A DNA stretch of 64,000 nucleotides, taken from the NCBI RefSeq assembly GCF_009914755.1, contig NC_060939.1; one strand, 5' to 3'. A program made the translations under genes and the position numbers. A model generated the notes under the pieces. It did not search any database and was not told the DNA's origin. It saw only the letters and a list, made by a program, of their open reading frames with translations. The number at the start of each line of letters is the position of its first letter. Position 1 is the first letter of the stretch. This document shows positions 1 to 44,261 of the stretch, in pieces. The DNA is from the human T2T-CHM13v2.0 reference genome, Homo sapiens.

Positions 1-56
1 ACCAATGATCCAAGGTGAAGAGAATGAACACTGTTACCAGGGAATTCGGGAGGTCC
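1..56 (-). pseudogene. CATSPER2P1: CATSPER2P1 exon (partial): pore helix/selectivity filter DLPNSLVTVFILFTLDHW
   Basis: Minus-strand translation; acceptor ctttag immediately 5' of position 56. Confidence 0.9.
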
Positions 57-252
57 CTAAAGAAAAAAGCATGTGAATAGACGGAAGCAGAGACCTAAAC
101 CTTTCAAAAATGGTATCATTCCTACTTTCAAAGAAACATAAAGCATTTCTTTGTAGTTTGTTCTGATTTTGGCTCCTTTTCTACCATACTGTTTTTAGCT
201 AATCATTCTTGTTTGAAGTTGTTTTATTTTAATTTAATTTAATTTAATTTAA

Positions 253-1020
253 TTTTTTTTGAGACAGAGTCTCGCTCTGTTGCCCAGGCTGGAGTGTAGT
301 GGCACGATCTCAGCTCACTGCAACCTCCACCTCATGGGTTCAAGAGATTCTCGTCTCAGCCCCGCAAGGAGCTGGGATTACAGGCACGCACCACCACGCC
401 CAGCTAATTTGTGTATTTTTAGTAGAGCCATCTCTACTAAACTTTTGTCATGTTGGCCAGGCTGGTCTCAAACTCCTGACCTAAGGTGATCCACCAGTCT
501 CAGCCTCCCAAAATGCTAGGATTATAGGCGTGAGCTACCACACCCAGCCTAAATTCTCCTTTATCATGAATAATCTGTGACTACCTCTCACTACTCCATT
601 AGTCCTGGGGTATAATAAATAATAAATAGGTATTGACTGAATTTTTTAAAGATGAATGAATTTTTAAAGATCAATTTTTTAAAGATGAATGAATCACCAA
701 CTAGATAGTTTTCTAATTTTTTTTTCTTTTTTTGAGACAGAGTCTCACTCTATCATCCAAGCTGGAGTGGCGTGATCTCAGCTCACTTCAACCTCTGCCC
801 CCCAGGCTCAAGTGATTGTCTTGACTCAGCCTCCCGAGTAGTTGAGATTACAGGTGTGCACCACCATGCCCAGCTAATTTTCATATTTCATATTTTTAGT
901 AGAGACAGGGTTTCACCATGTTGGCCAGGCTGGTCTTGAACTCCTGACCTCAAGTGATCTATCTGCCTGCCTCCACCTCCCAAGGTGCTGGGATTACAGA
1001 TGTGAGCCACCATGCCCAGC
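253..1020 (-). mobile_element. Two Alu elements (approx. 253-550 and 718-1020)
   Basis: Alu consensus on minus strand; (TTTAA)n-degenerate tail at 228-255. Confidence 0.9.
638..694. repeat. Short imperfect tandem repeat (aattttttaaagatgaatg, about 3 copies)
   Basis: Visible directly. Confidence 0.7.
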
Positions 1021-1081
1021 GGTTTTTTCTAATTTTATTCTCCACTGCTCTATGGACTCCACTTAATAGAAGATCACTCGT

Positions 1082-1122
1082 AAATTTAGCAAAATTTAGC
1101 AAAATTAGCAAATTTAGCAAAA
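1082..1122. repeat. Tandem repeat (AAATTTAGCA) x about 4
   Basis: aaatttagc aaaatttagc aaaattagca aatttagcaaaa. Confidence 0.8.
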
Positions 1123-1539
1123 TAGAAGATCATTCAAAAAATTATTCCTATTAGTTTGCTGGTATGAAATGATATGCAAGTAAATGGGTATGTTACATAA
1201 ACATATGTGATCCTAAATAATGAATATATACAAATTATAAAATTAATAATATTTAAAAATTGCTAAAAAAGTAAAAAGTTTCCGGGAAGGTATCTAAATT
1301 TTCCTACCTTTCTTTTTAGTTCCCCATACACAATTTATTGAAAACATCAGAGCTTGTATAGGATAAATTCTAGGACTTTCCTAACTCAATACTCTTACAA
1401 AACTATCTGTTAGAGTCTAACAGAGTCCTGAGAGGCGCTGACCAGATTGAATTATAATTCATAAGCAAGATTATCTACTCTAAATTCAAGCTGATTTTCT
1501 TCTAGAAAACACTGATTAGTGAGGTTTTGTTAATATTTA

Positions 1540-1646
1540 AAAAATATGTAACACTTCATAAATTTGTGTTTCATCCTTGCACAAGGGCCATGCTAATCTT
1601 CTCTATATCGTTCCAATTTTAGTACATGTGCTGCCGAAGTGAGCAC
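1540..1646 (-). pseudogene. U6 snRNA retropseudogene (full length, diverged)
   Basis: Reverse complement matches U6 (GTGCTC..TTCGGCAGCACAT..AGAAGATTAGCATGGCCC..CATATTTTT) with CpG-type decay; flanking direct repeat cactgattagtg (1510-1521, 1644-1655). Confidence 0.95.
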
Positions 1647-1855
1647 TGATTAGTGTTTTCTAGACAGAGATCAGGAATAGGCGTGTGCATGTGTAATATG
1701 TAGAGATTGGGATAAAACCAGTGATCATATTTGAGAATCATAGTAACATTAATTGATCACTTATAACGTGTTACATACTGTGCTAAGTGCTTAAATGCAT
1801 TACCACATTTAACCCCACACTCTTATGAAGTAGCACTGCTATTATTCCCCCCACC

Positions 1856-2472
<617 letters not shown>

Positions 2473-2789
2473 CCAGTTTTCAAAAGACGTAACTGAGTCA
2501 CAGAAACCAAGCTCAACCACTGGAGTGTACCGCTATTTAAAGATGCCTGATGACAGTGTGGTTTGAATTTGCAAAACCCAGAATAAACATGGAACTAGCT
2601 GCCCTAACCTCAAGATCAGAGCTAATACCATTCACTGTTCTTTTGCTTTCTCTTTCCCTCTCCCTATTGTGTTCTATTTCAGTTTCTTGGAATAGACTGT
2701 ACTTTTTATATTACTATACTTTGGACAAGCTTCCTGGTCTCTTAGCCAAATTTTCTCCCCTCACTCAGCTGTCACTCAGCTCTGCTTAC

Positions 2790-2908
2790 GAGAATACATG
2801 ATACTCCAGGTCCTGACGAGGTAAATGGGTGTACTCTGAGAAGACGTAGACACCAGTCACAACAAAAATGTAGAAGATGAGCAGCAACATCAAGAGGAAA
2901 GTCATGCT
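2790..2908 (-). pseudogene. CATSPER2P1: CATSPER2P1 exon: S5 segment SMTFLLMLLLIFYIFVVTGVYVFSEY..EYHVFS
   Basis: tag/AGC...TC/gtaagc; 119 bp; translation matches CATSPER2 S5. Confidence 0.9.
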
Positions 2909-3128
2909 CTAGAGGCCATAAACTCAAGTCAGATGTGGGCCAGACTAGGCTGATCTCCACCAACAGCCCAGTCAAGCCCACCTGGCAATCTCCCACCAAA
3001 CCCTCTCTTGCACTGCTGAACCCAGTCATCTCTGAACCATGGCACCTGTCCCCAGCCCCTTCTCATCCAATAACATTTCACAGGACGTTTCATTGCCTTC
3101 TTTGACCCATCCAGATTTGTTTCATATT

Positions 3129-3436
3129 CTTTTTTTTTTTTTTAAACGGAGTTTCACTCTGTCGCCTAGGCTGGAGTGCAGTGGAGCAGTCTCGGCTCAC
3201 TGCAACTTCCGCCTCCTGGGTTCAAGTGATTCTTCTGCCTCAGCCTCCTGAGTAGCTGGGATTACAGGCACACACCACCAAGCCCGGCAATTTTTTTTTT
3301 TTTTTTTTTGGTATTTTTAGTAGAGACAGGGTTTCACCATGTTGGTCAGGCTGGTCTCGAACTCCTGACCTCATGACCCATCCCCCTCGGCCTCCCAAAG
3401 TGCTGGGATTACAGGCATGAGCCACCGCACCCGGCC
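3129..3436 (-). mobile_element. Alu
   Basis: Alu consensus with TSD atttgtttcatattct. Confidence 0.9.
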
Positions 3437-3514
3437 AATTTGTTTCATATTCTATGTTAAGCCCTCACATTTATCTACCTTGCCCCCTGCTTTAGCTTGC
3501 AACAGTCAAATCAC

Positions 3515-3670
3515 CTTGAGGGCCCTGACCAGGACCAAAATAATAACTCGAATTTGACGGAATTGTGCAAGGAGTTTGAGAGACCTCAGCACCCGGCAGA
3601 TCCTCAGAAGCTGAAGCCACACCGATTGGCCTGTTACCCCTACCAATACCACAACCTCGGGAAGCAGGGA
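3515..3670 (-). pseudogene. CATSPER2P1: CATSPER2P1 exon: S4 voltage sensor (LRICRVLRSLKLLAQFRQ)
   Basis: cag/TCC...AAG/gtgatt; 156 bp, open. Confidence 0.92.
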
Positions 3671-4195
3671 CTGTGGAAAACACACAGGTTATAAGTAAAA
3701 TACACCCCAAGGCACCCAGGCAGAATTGCACCTTCTTCATCTTATCCTCTTCATTGTTCCCTGGGCGTTATCCTTTGAATAGCATTCTCTGAGAAGTGCT
3801 TACTATTCAGCCTTTCTATATTAAGTTGCTTAAACACTATACTTCAACTTGTTCAGATATAAAAAGGGGGATAAAATTCATGGTTATTTAATTAGGTTGT
3901 TGTGGAGCATAAATGAGATAATGTAAGGAAAACACTTAAAATAGTGCTTGGCACTTAGTAAGTGCTCAGTAACCGGCAGATGCTCTTGTTGGCATTGATG
4001 TTGTAGTTAGTCTACTTTGCTCCTAATACCAACAACTCCTGCAATGATTGATGTTTAGTTTTAGGAAAAAAAAATCAAAAGAAAGAAGTTAAGTAAATTT
4101 TTGTTTCTTCCTATTATCATGTTAACTTGTTCTTTCGATTCACCTAGGCACATTCTTCATCCCACTAAACGAACCCTCAGGATCTCTATCCTTAC

Positions 4196-4368
4196 CAACA
4201 TGGTAACAACAAAGTCAAAGACATTCCAGGCACTCTTCCAGAAAACAGAAAAGTTGGATAGCCACTTAAGAAGGATCTCCAGGATGAAAATAAGCAAGAT
4301 AAACCAAGCTGCCCCCTCCAAGGTCAGCTTCAATGGCCATAGTTTGGTATTTGTGGATTCCAGCAATT
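4196..4368 (-). pseudogene. CATSPER2P1: CATSPER2P1 exon: S2-S3 (LLESTNTKLWPLKLTLE..WNVFDFVVTML)
   Basis: cag/AA...TTG/gtaagg; 173 bp; ORF 4157..4366. Confidence 0.92.
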
Positions 4369-5584
4369 CTGTGAGGATAGAGCAAAGGAGGAATAAAAGT
4401 TAAGGAAGCTGGAAACCGAATGATGGAGAATGAACACACTTATAAACCACAGTTTTGCCCACTACTGTTCCATTTTTCTTCACACTGTGTTAAGAGTTAA
4501 GAGTTTCTCTTCTTAACACTGTTGCTTCAACCTGTGAAATACAGGGAAGGACAGAATTGACCATAAAACACAGCCACAACCAATCTGTTCATATAGTTAT
4601 GTCTGCCCAGCTACAAGTCACTTGCGATCCACTCTGGGGCTCACACAGCTACTAAGAGACTACTCTCTTTAATTACCCCTACCTCCAACCCCCCACCCCC
4701 ATCTACTGTACTGTTATCTCAGTCCCAAAGTTCACAAGAAAGCAATGGGTCTTGAGAACAGAATGAAAATACAGGGCCATGATATCTGAACTACTTTATA
4801 ACGAATGTAGAAACAAGCCACAATCATTAGGGTATATCGAATTATAACAATAAATCACTTGGTTCTGTTAGCTTTCTTTTAAAACTTTTCCTTTCTTCCC
4901 TGCCTAAAATTGGTTTTGTTCTGCAAAGCAAATTGAATGCATACTTCCTCTCTAGAACCTTATTATTTACCAATTGCTATTCCTTAATTCATTGCCTTTC
5001 TCTTTCAACCTTCTTCATCTCTTTTATACAATTAATGGATGTATGCCATGCTCTAGAAAAAAAAACACTGAAATTAAAATGGCTTAAGAGCTAAATAGAA
5101 ATCAACATTGTGGTGCTCTGGCTTTAAATTCATCCTGATGCTGAACTGGATCCAGACAAAAAGAACAGAACCATACTTCAATCATCCCTAGAATTTTACA
5201 GAGGTTGGCCCCTTCTAAAAACCAATGGGGTTACACTATACTTATTCCTATGCTTGTTTTGAGACAGAGTCTCACTCTGTCACCCAGGCTGGAGGAGTGC
5301 AGTGGCATAATCACAGTTCGCGGAAGCCTGGATCTTCCGGGCTCAAGAGCCTCTGGGTAACTGGGACCACAGGCACATGTCACCATGCCCAGCTAATTTT
5401 TTCTTTAAATTACTTGTAGAGATGGGGTCTCCATATGCTGCCCAGGTTGGCCTCAAACTCCTGGGCTCAAGCGATCCTCCGGCCTTGGTCTCCCAAAGTG
5501 CTGGGGTTATAGGCATGAGCCACTGCACCCAGCACTCCTATGCTTATTTAGGCTCTGTACTTCTTCCGTAAGTTTTTCTTTCAT

Positions 5585-5970
5585 GCACATTTCTCTAAGA
5601 TGGACAATATTTCACATTTTAACATCCATGAAATTAGGATGCTTTTTTTTTTTTTTTTTTTTTTTGAGATGGAATCTCGCTCTGTTTCCAGGCTGGAGTG
5701 CAGTGGTGCAATCTCAGCTTACTGCAACCTCTGCCTCTGCACCACCATGCCCAGCTAATTTTATTATTTTTGGTAGAGACGGGGTTTCACCATGTTGGCC
5801 AGGATGGTCTCTATCTCTAGACCTCGTGATCTGCCCACCTCGGCCTCCCAAAGTGAGGATGCATTTTACAACCAGCGATGTGTCCCAGTTTAATTGAGCA
5901 TGATTTTTATTTCTTATTGGTAAACAGTGAATTTCACCATTGATGACAGCTTAAATTCAATAAAATACAA
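5585..5970. mobile_element. MER104-like (Tc2) DNA transposon fossil interrupted by an internally deleted Alu (5643-5855)
   Basis: ctaagatg..tttcacattttaacatc..gaaattaggatgc / ttgatgacagcttaaattcaataaaatac resemble recalled MER104; Alu flanked by aggatgc. Confidence 0.5.
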
Positions 5971-6839
5971 AATTTTTTCACTTAACAATAAATTCTAGCT
6001 CTCAGGAGCATGGGATTATATAATTAGAAAGAGCTGAGGACCACATTTGTGGCTGGAAAATAGAATGCTATAATTTTTATTCAGTTTTTGCCCTTGCAAA
6101 ACAGGAACCCAAACAGAGCAATGAAGTAAAATAAGGCTCTTGTAAAGCAGAATATAGTTTTGAGTAGTTTAAAATAGTTTAAGTAGGGAAGTCCAAATTA
6201 TAGAAGCAGTAGCACTTTTACTCTCTGGAAAAATGAATAATTTTATAGAAGCTAAACAAACCCAAGGAAGTTCAGAGGAACGAATAGCAGAAATTGCCTC
6301 AGCAGCACAGAATGTGCAGAAGTGACTGCCTCCACTCTACATCAAGTAATGTGTCCTCTCTGAAGATGAAAAATAACTTTTTAAAATTCTTGGAATTTTT
6401 CAGGCTGCTATAGCAAAGCAAAGGAGTCTTAATGGAAATAGAGACCAGGAGCCCAGTGAAGTCTACCCAGGAATCTTAGCCAGTGAAGTGAAGTAGCAGT
6501 GAACATCTATGTTTCAATATTCTTCTCAGGGTGACAGACAGTAGCCATTTGATCAAGCAAGTCAGGCAAATACATAATTCTGTTTTACAAGGTAGAGTTC
6601 ACCATGAACAGTCATCTATTGCTACTCCCTATTCTAGAAAAACAACAGTAGGTCACCTCACAGAATACCAGGTAAATTCACATTGGTTTCAAGGAGTCCA
6701 ATACTATAGGTGAGGAGAATAGTACACTGTAACAATAAACTGTTATGTAGATTTTGACATTTACAGTTTTAATATTTTTAGTAATGTTTTGGCTAGTTAT
6801 ATCCATCATGAAACAAGGAACACTGATGTTGAAACATAA

Positions 6840-8284
<1,445 letters not shown>

Positions 8285-8638
8285 TTACCAATATCCAGTT
8301 GTGGAAGTAGATTTTTTAAAGCCCTAACAGTTTAGATCGCTTTGTGATCTGGAAAAAAAATTTTAAGCCTAAAAAAAGTCTTAATGTTTATCATATGAAT
8401 TAGTCTGTTCAAAGAAATCTGTTAATCACAAATAATTTCCCTCTGCAAAATCCCTCCTCCGTTTCTCCCACAAGAATAAACTTAATAAGATAAAATTTCC
8501 ACGAGCTTGCCAGATAATTTCTAGTCTGGCAATCTACTTATCCTCTGACACAGTGATCATGTTTCATATTCAGTTAACTGTTTTACCAAATAGAATAGTT
8601 AGTGCTATTCTATTTTGATTTGTCTATTAGATCTAGGG

Positions 8639-8957
8639 CAGGGGTCCCAAGCCCCAGGCTACGGACTGGTACCAGTCCATGGTCTGTTAGGAACCCGGCC
8701 ATGCAGCAGGAAGTGAGTGGTGGGTGAGTGAGCATTACCGCCTGAGCTCCACCTCCTGTCAGATCAGCTGCGGCATTAGATTCTCATAGGAGGGCAAGCC
8801 CTATTGTGAACTGCATGTGCGTGACCCTTAGGAGAATCTAATGCCTGATGATCTGAGGTGGAACAGCTTCATCCTGAAACCTCCCTCCTACCCCATCCAT
8901 GGAAAAACTGTCTTCCAAGAAACCAGTCCCTGAAGCCAAAAAGGCTGGGGACCACTG
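8639..8957 (+). mobile_element. MER1B (hAT-Charlie) MITE
   Basis: TIRs caggggtccc / ggggaccactg; 8-bp TSD atctaggg/atctagga; internal agatcagc..gcattagattctcatagg. Confidence 0.85.
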
Positions 8958-9210
8958 ATCTAGGAAATCCTGTATAGTTACTATTATTTACTTCATTCCA
9001 AGGCTTAGTACTATAATCCTAGCCATGCAAGGCAAATACATGGCAGCAATCATACAATAAAAGGGAATTATAAGTAACTTAGTTCAAAATCTTCACCATT
9101 ATGAGGAGGAAATAAAACACCTCAAAGTATATAGTATACTGTAGTGGGTCCGTGACATCAATTATTGTTGTTTATTTAAATATCTTTGACCTGACTGCAG
9201 TAAAGGACTA

Positions 9211-9945
<735 letters not shown>

Positions 9946-10237
9946 TGGGAGACTTCTCTACAACAGTGAGAATGAAACAAGTGAGTAGTTCTACTGTCCT
10001 TTCATCATTTCTGAGCAGTTTGAGATTATCAACAAATGAGCTCACTGATTTTGCAGACATCCTTATGTTTTGAATATGTTTCATATAATTTATTATTGGT
10101 TTAAGAATCATTTCCTTTTAAGTAATTTTTTTGGCTCAGCTAATATCTTAGTGGTACCTACCTTTCCATACTTTGTGAGCTTTCTTATTTTTACTTGAAT
10201 AATATTTCTAAATATACTTGTAAAAATGTAAATGTTA

Positions 10238-11477
<1,240 letters not shown>

Positions 11478-11509
11478 CACTTCCTCTTTCATACAATGTC
11501 AGTTCTCAC

Positions 11510-11578
11510 GTATTTCAACCATCAGTACGATCGTATTCAAAAAGATCAGGAAGATGATGAAGTTTTTGAAGAGAGGAC
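11510..11578 (-). pseudogene. CATSPER2P1: CATSPER2P1 exon: S1 (PLFKNFIIFLIFLNTIVLMVEI)
   Basis: cag/GT...AC/gtgaga; 69 bp. Confidence 0.9.
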
Positions 11579-11753
11579 CTGTTGTCTCTTAAGGAAACAT
11601 ACAGAGTGGAGTTCTTTCTGATTTATGCAGCTGAAATAATAAGAGCAATAACATAAGCAGTGAGAATGAGACAATGGAGTTTGGGAAGCAAAAAATAAGT
11701 CATTAGGCAGATGATCAACAGCCAGGATAAAAATGAGTGACATGAAAGGATAC
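11579..11753 (-). other. U12-type (minor spliceosome) GT-AG intron
   Basis: 5'ss GTATCCTTT; branch site TTTCCTTAAG about 10 nt from the 3' AG; no polypyrimidine tract. Confidence 0.85.
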
Positions 11754-11927
11754 ACTCAAGGACCCATCCGGCCCACAAAGAAAGAGGTGGCCTCTGACTG
11801 CAGCGCACATGAAGCCTGCTCAACAGCCTCTGGGCATGTGAAATCTGTTCTATACGTTGAGGCTTTATAGAGACGCCCACTAGCTGGTGTTGATCTCCCA
11901 ACATAAGTTTCTTCTGGCGGGAAGGAT
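11754..11927 (-). pseudogene. CATSPER2P1: CATSPER2P1 exon (DPSRQKKL..SLWAGWVLE)
   Basis: tag/AT...T/gtatcc; 174 bp; ORF 11623..11970. Confidence 0.92.
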
Positions 11928-12380
11928 CTACAACAAAAATTGAAAAGGGGTAGTGGATAAATACAAACAAAATAGACCAGGTAGGGTTGGGGGCAGGGAT
12001 ACTGTTCAGATAATGGGTCCCCCTAATGGCTTACTGCTGGTCCTTCTCTTCTCACAGCAACTAAGAATTCTGTTTGGAGTGAGAGCAAATGTATTGCTTA
12101 TGACCAACACTGTCCATGCCCACAAAAGCAGCAGGTTCACTCTCAAAGTTTTAAGAGTCTTTGACAGAAACTGTTCCGTATCATCCACGGCTAGTGGCTA
12201 TCCTAGGCCTAAAAGTGAAAGACGTGGATTCTATCTCCTTAGTTTTATTTACAAGCCCTTGATTTATCAAGTTTGGTAAACCAGCAACTAAACCGGCCTC
12301 CCCAGAATTTTCCACTCTTAAATGTAGAGGATGTGGATAGGAGTCTTAAATTTAAATTAGTGAAGAAATAGGCTGCTGAC

Positions 12381-12526
12381 CAAGTAACTCCTGATAGTGT
12401 GTCGCAGCACAGCTTGGCTCAAGCCTTGCAAATGCTCGATGAGAGAGAAAGTATCGATGAGACGTGAACGAATGGCATCAGCTCGGGGAAGCTGCATCTG
12501 CCCTTCTTGTTGGTAAGCGGCCATGT
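12381..12526 (-). pseudogene. CATSPER2P1: CATSPER2P1 first coding exon (ATG at 12524) with 1-bp deletion near 12390
   Basis: MAAYQQEGQMQLPRADAIRSRLIDTFSLIEHLQGLSQAV; coding part is 144 bp (phase 0) but the next exon needs phase 1, giving TAG at 11882-11880. Confidence 0.9.
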
Positions 12527-12824
12527 CTGCTAAGAAAATGTAAGCATCAAGTGTCATTTCATTCTTGGAGCTGCACCAAGGATTACAGGTTTTCTGTCCC
12601 CTCCTCCCCACCCTCTTTGCCCTTAAGATTCCTTAATGTACCCACATCTACGAACTAGGAGCAGTTGGGCAGAACAAACATTCTACTAAGACTCGGTTTT
12701 TTGAAACAAAAGGGGCTAAGAGTGGTAAAGACATTGAGCAGTCGACCAAGTGGCCAGGCATCTTCACTTTGTGACGGCACTACCAATTAAAAGCTCATTA
12801 AAAAAAAAAAAAAAAAAAAAAAAA

Positions 12825-13521
<697 letters not shown>

Positions 13522-13718
13522 TCACTGCGCCCCATTTCCCGCCCCGCCCGACCCCCAGGTTTCGGCTCACCCCGGGACCCGGCCCTAGCCCCTGCCCCCA
13601 GCCCAGGACCGGGCCCAGCCAAGCTCGCCCAGACACTCGCCGCCTCGGCCCCGCCCCGCGCTCCGGCCACTCGGCGGTAACGAGTTGGTCCCGCCCGCCC
13701 GACGAAGGCGACGCGCAG

Positions 13719-13737
13719 CCAATCAGCGGCTGCCACA
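13719..13737 (+). promoter_or_regulatory. ER stress response element (ERSE: CCAAT-N9-CCACR)
   Basis: CCAAT cagcggctg CCACA, about 160 bp upstream of the PDIA3 ATG. Confidence 0.75.
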
Positions 13738-13896
13738 CAGCGGCCCAAGCCGGGTTTGGGGGTTGGGACCTCCGGCTGCAGGTCCGCCTGGGCCAGACGC
13801 GCGAGCGCAAGCAGCGGGTTAGTGGTCGCGCGCCCGACCTCCGCAGTCCCAGCCGAGCCGCGACCCTTCCGGCCGTCCCCACCCCACCTCGCCGCC

Positions 13897-38578
<24,682 letters not shown>

Positions 38579-38879
38579 AGCAGTAGCCAAACACCACTTT
38601 GTAAAAGGACTCTTCCATCAGAGATGGGAAAACCATTGGGGAGGACTAGGACCCATATGGGAATTATTACCTCTCAGGGCCGAGAGGACAGAATGGATAT
38701 AATCTGAATCCTGTTAAATTTTCTCTAAACTGTTTCTTAGCTGCACTGTTTATGGAAATACCAGGACCAGTTTATGTTTGTGGTTTTGGGAAAAATTATT
38801 TGTGTTGGGGGAAATGTTGTGGGGGTGGGGTTGAGTTGGGGGTATTTTCTAATTTTTTTTGTACATTTGGAACAGTGAC

Positions 38880-38885
38880 AATAAA
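38880..38885 (+). terminator. PDIA3 proximal polyadenylation signal AATAAA
   Basis: First AATAAA, about 300 nt after the stop; U-rich downstream. Confidence 0.75.
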
Positions 38886-38946
38886 TGAGACCCCTTTAAA
38901 CTGTCTTATTTTCCACCAGATTGAGAACCAGATGTTCTCTACACAC

Positions 38947-39110
38947 TATCACTGTTCAATAGAGCTTTCTTCAGTGATGGAAATGCTCTGTAATCTACAC
39001 TGTTCAGTACAGGTAGCTACAGAGCATCTGAAATATGGCTAGAAACTACATTTTTGTTTTGATTAATTTAAATAGCCATACAGTTGCTACCATACTGGTC
39101 ACGGCAGCTG
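38947..39110. mobile_element. MER3 (hAT-Charlie) fossil
   Basis: ctgttcaatagagctttct..gatggaaatgctct..ggtagctac..tgaaatatggctag matches recalled MER3. Confidence 0.65.
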
Positions 39111-39980
39111 TAGACTGACTGGGTCCATAGTTCATCACCTCAAAATTCTTTCAAAATTTATTATCTCTTTCTCTCCTTACATGTTTATTTCCCAGGCCTA
39201 CCCTGGTGATTAGAACAGCTGAAGGGCCTTTCTTGTTAGGCTGTCCATGCCCTAAGGATGGGTTCCTGTTTATCCTTGCCACGCAGCTGAGCTTACTGCA
39301 TGTTTATATCTCCCAAGGACTGTTCTCTGCTCAGAAATGCCCTGTCAAGGGTGTGGCATCACGCAGTTTCATCCAAGTTGTTTCAGGAATTGCTGACACT
39401 GCTGGGTGCAGTTCTATCCCCTAAAGCCTAGGGTGTGGCCCTTTAACTTCCCCTTCAGTAGAACTGGGAAAGGCAGTACCATTCCTAGTTATGAGTGAAG
39501 CATCCACTTTCTTTTGTAACAATGAGGAACAGAAAGGATAAGACTGAAGAGTGATCTTTTGTCCAACTAAACCATTTATCTCCTTTTGTAGGTAAATTCA
39601 AATCCTGCCCAGTTATAGTTTTCAGTCACTGGAGAATTCCAGGTAGGAGCCCTACTTTAGGTGATCCTAGGAACTCCTATGTTCAGAAAAGAATTTTCTT
39701 CCTACTATATAATTACAGTATTTAGCTGTCAATTTTAAGATGAATTTGGTAGAGCCTTATAGTAAAGTATGTATCTTGGTCACACACAAAGCTTGGAAAA
39801 AGTAAAAGATGTCTAAACCATAATCTTGTAACTCATAACATCTGGGCTGGGGCCCGGGGATCTAATTGTTTAGAGAGCCCCAAAAGTGGCTCAGATGTAA
39901 AGCCAGGGTTAAGAACCATCTGCCTTGGAAGATTTAAGGGAAACATATAAACTTGTACAAAGGACACAGAAGCAGTCAGT

Positions 39981-39986
39981 TTTAAT
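39981..39986 (-). terminator. Probable ELL3 polyadenylation signal ATTAAA
   Basis: First A(A/T)TAAA found on the minus strand downstream of the ELL3 stop. Confidence 0.6.
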
Positions 39987-40475
39987 TTTTTAGCCATGTT
40001 GGTAAAAGTTCATTTTCAGTACATGGGTAACACCCAGGCCCTTTCCCATTATATCCAGGTATGCTACAAGTTCTTTTAACTCTTATCAGAAGTTATTATT
40101 ACTGTTTCCTTAGAGAGGCTACCAGGCTAAAATTCACTTAGTTTGGTTTGTCTAATGTCCTCATTATTTTATCCTGAAGATGATGTCATTTCTCAGGACT
40201 TGAAAATGACTTGGCTGAACTAAAGGTAAAAAAGCCAAGCCTCTGTCACTTTTCCTAGACTCCTAGGCACAGCTATGGAGTCTTTGCACAGTGCCCATAC
40301 CCTAAAAATTAATAATGAAAACCAAACCTCAAGAACCTAGAGCAGCTCTCTACTTGCCACCATGGACTCCAGTGGTCAGCATAAGAAAAGCAGATAGTTG
40401 CATTCTATTTAGTTTATAGCTGCTTTGTTCCTTTGTGTTTCACTAAGCAGAGGCTCAAAAATTCCCTTGATAACT

Positions 40476-44261
<3,786 letters not shown>

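Noticed and set aside
6480-6720. Unique-looking stretch in the large CATSPER2P1 intron, checked as another displaced exon
   Set aside because: No convincing open frame with splice sites and no match noticed elsewhere in the window
13756-13896. In-frame upstream extension of PDIA3
   Set aside because: Starts at TTG, probably upstream of the TSS; the true ATG has a strong Kozak and begins the signal peptide
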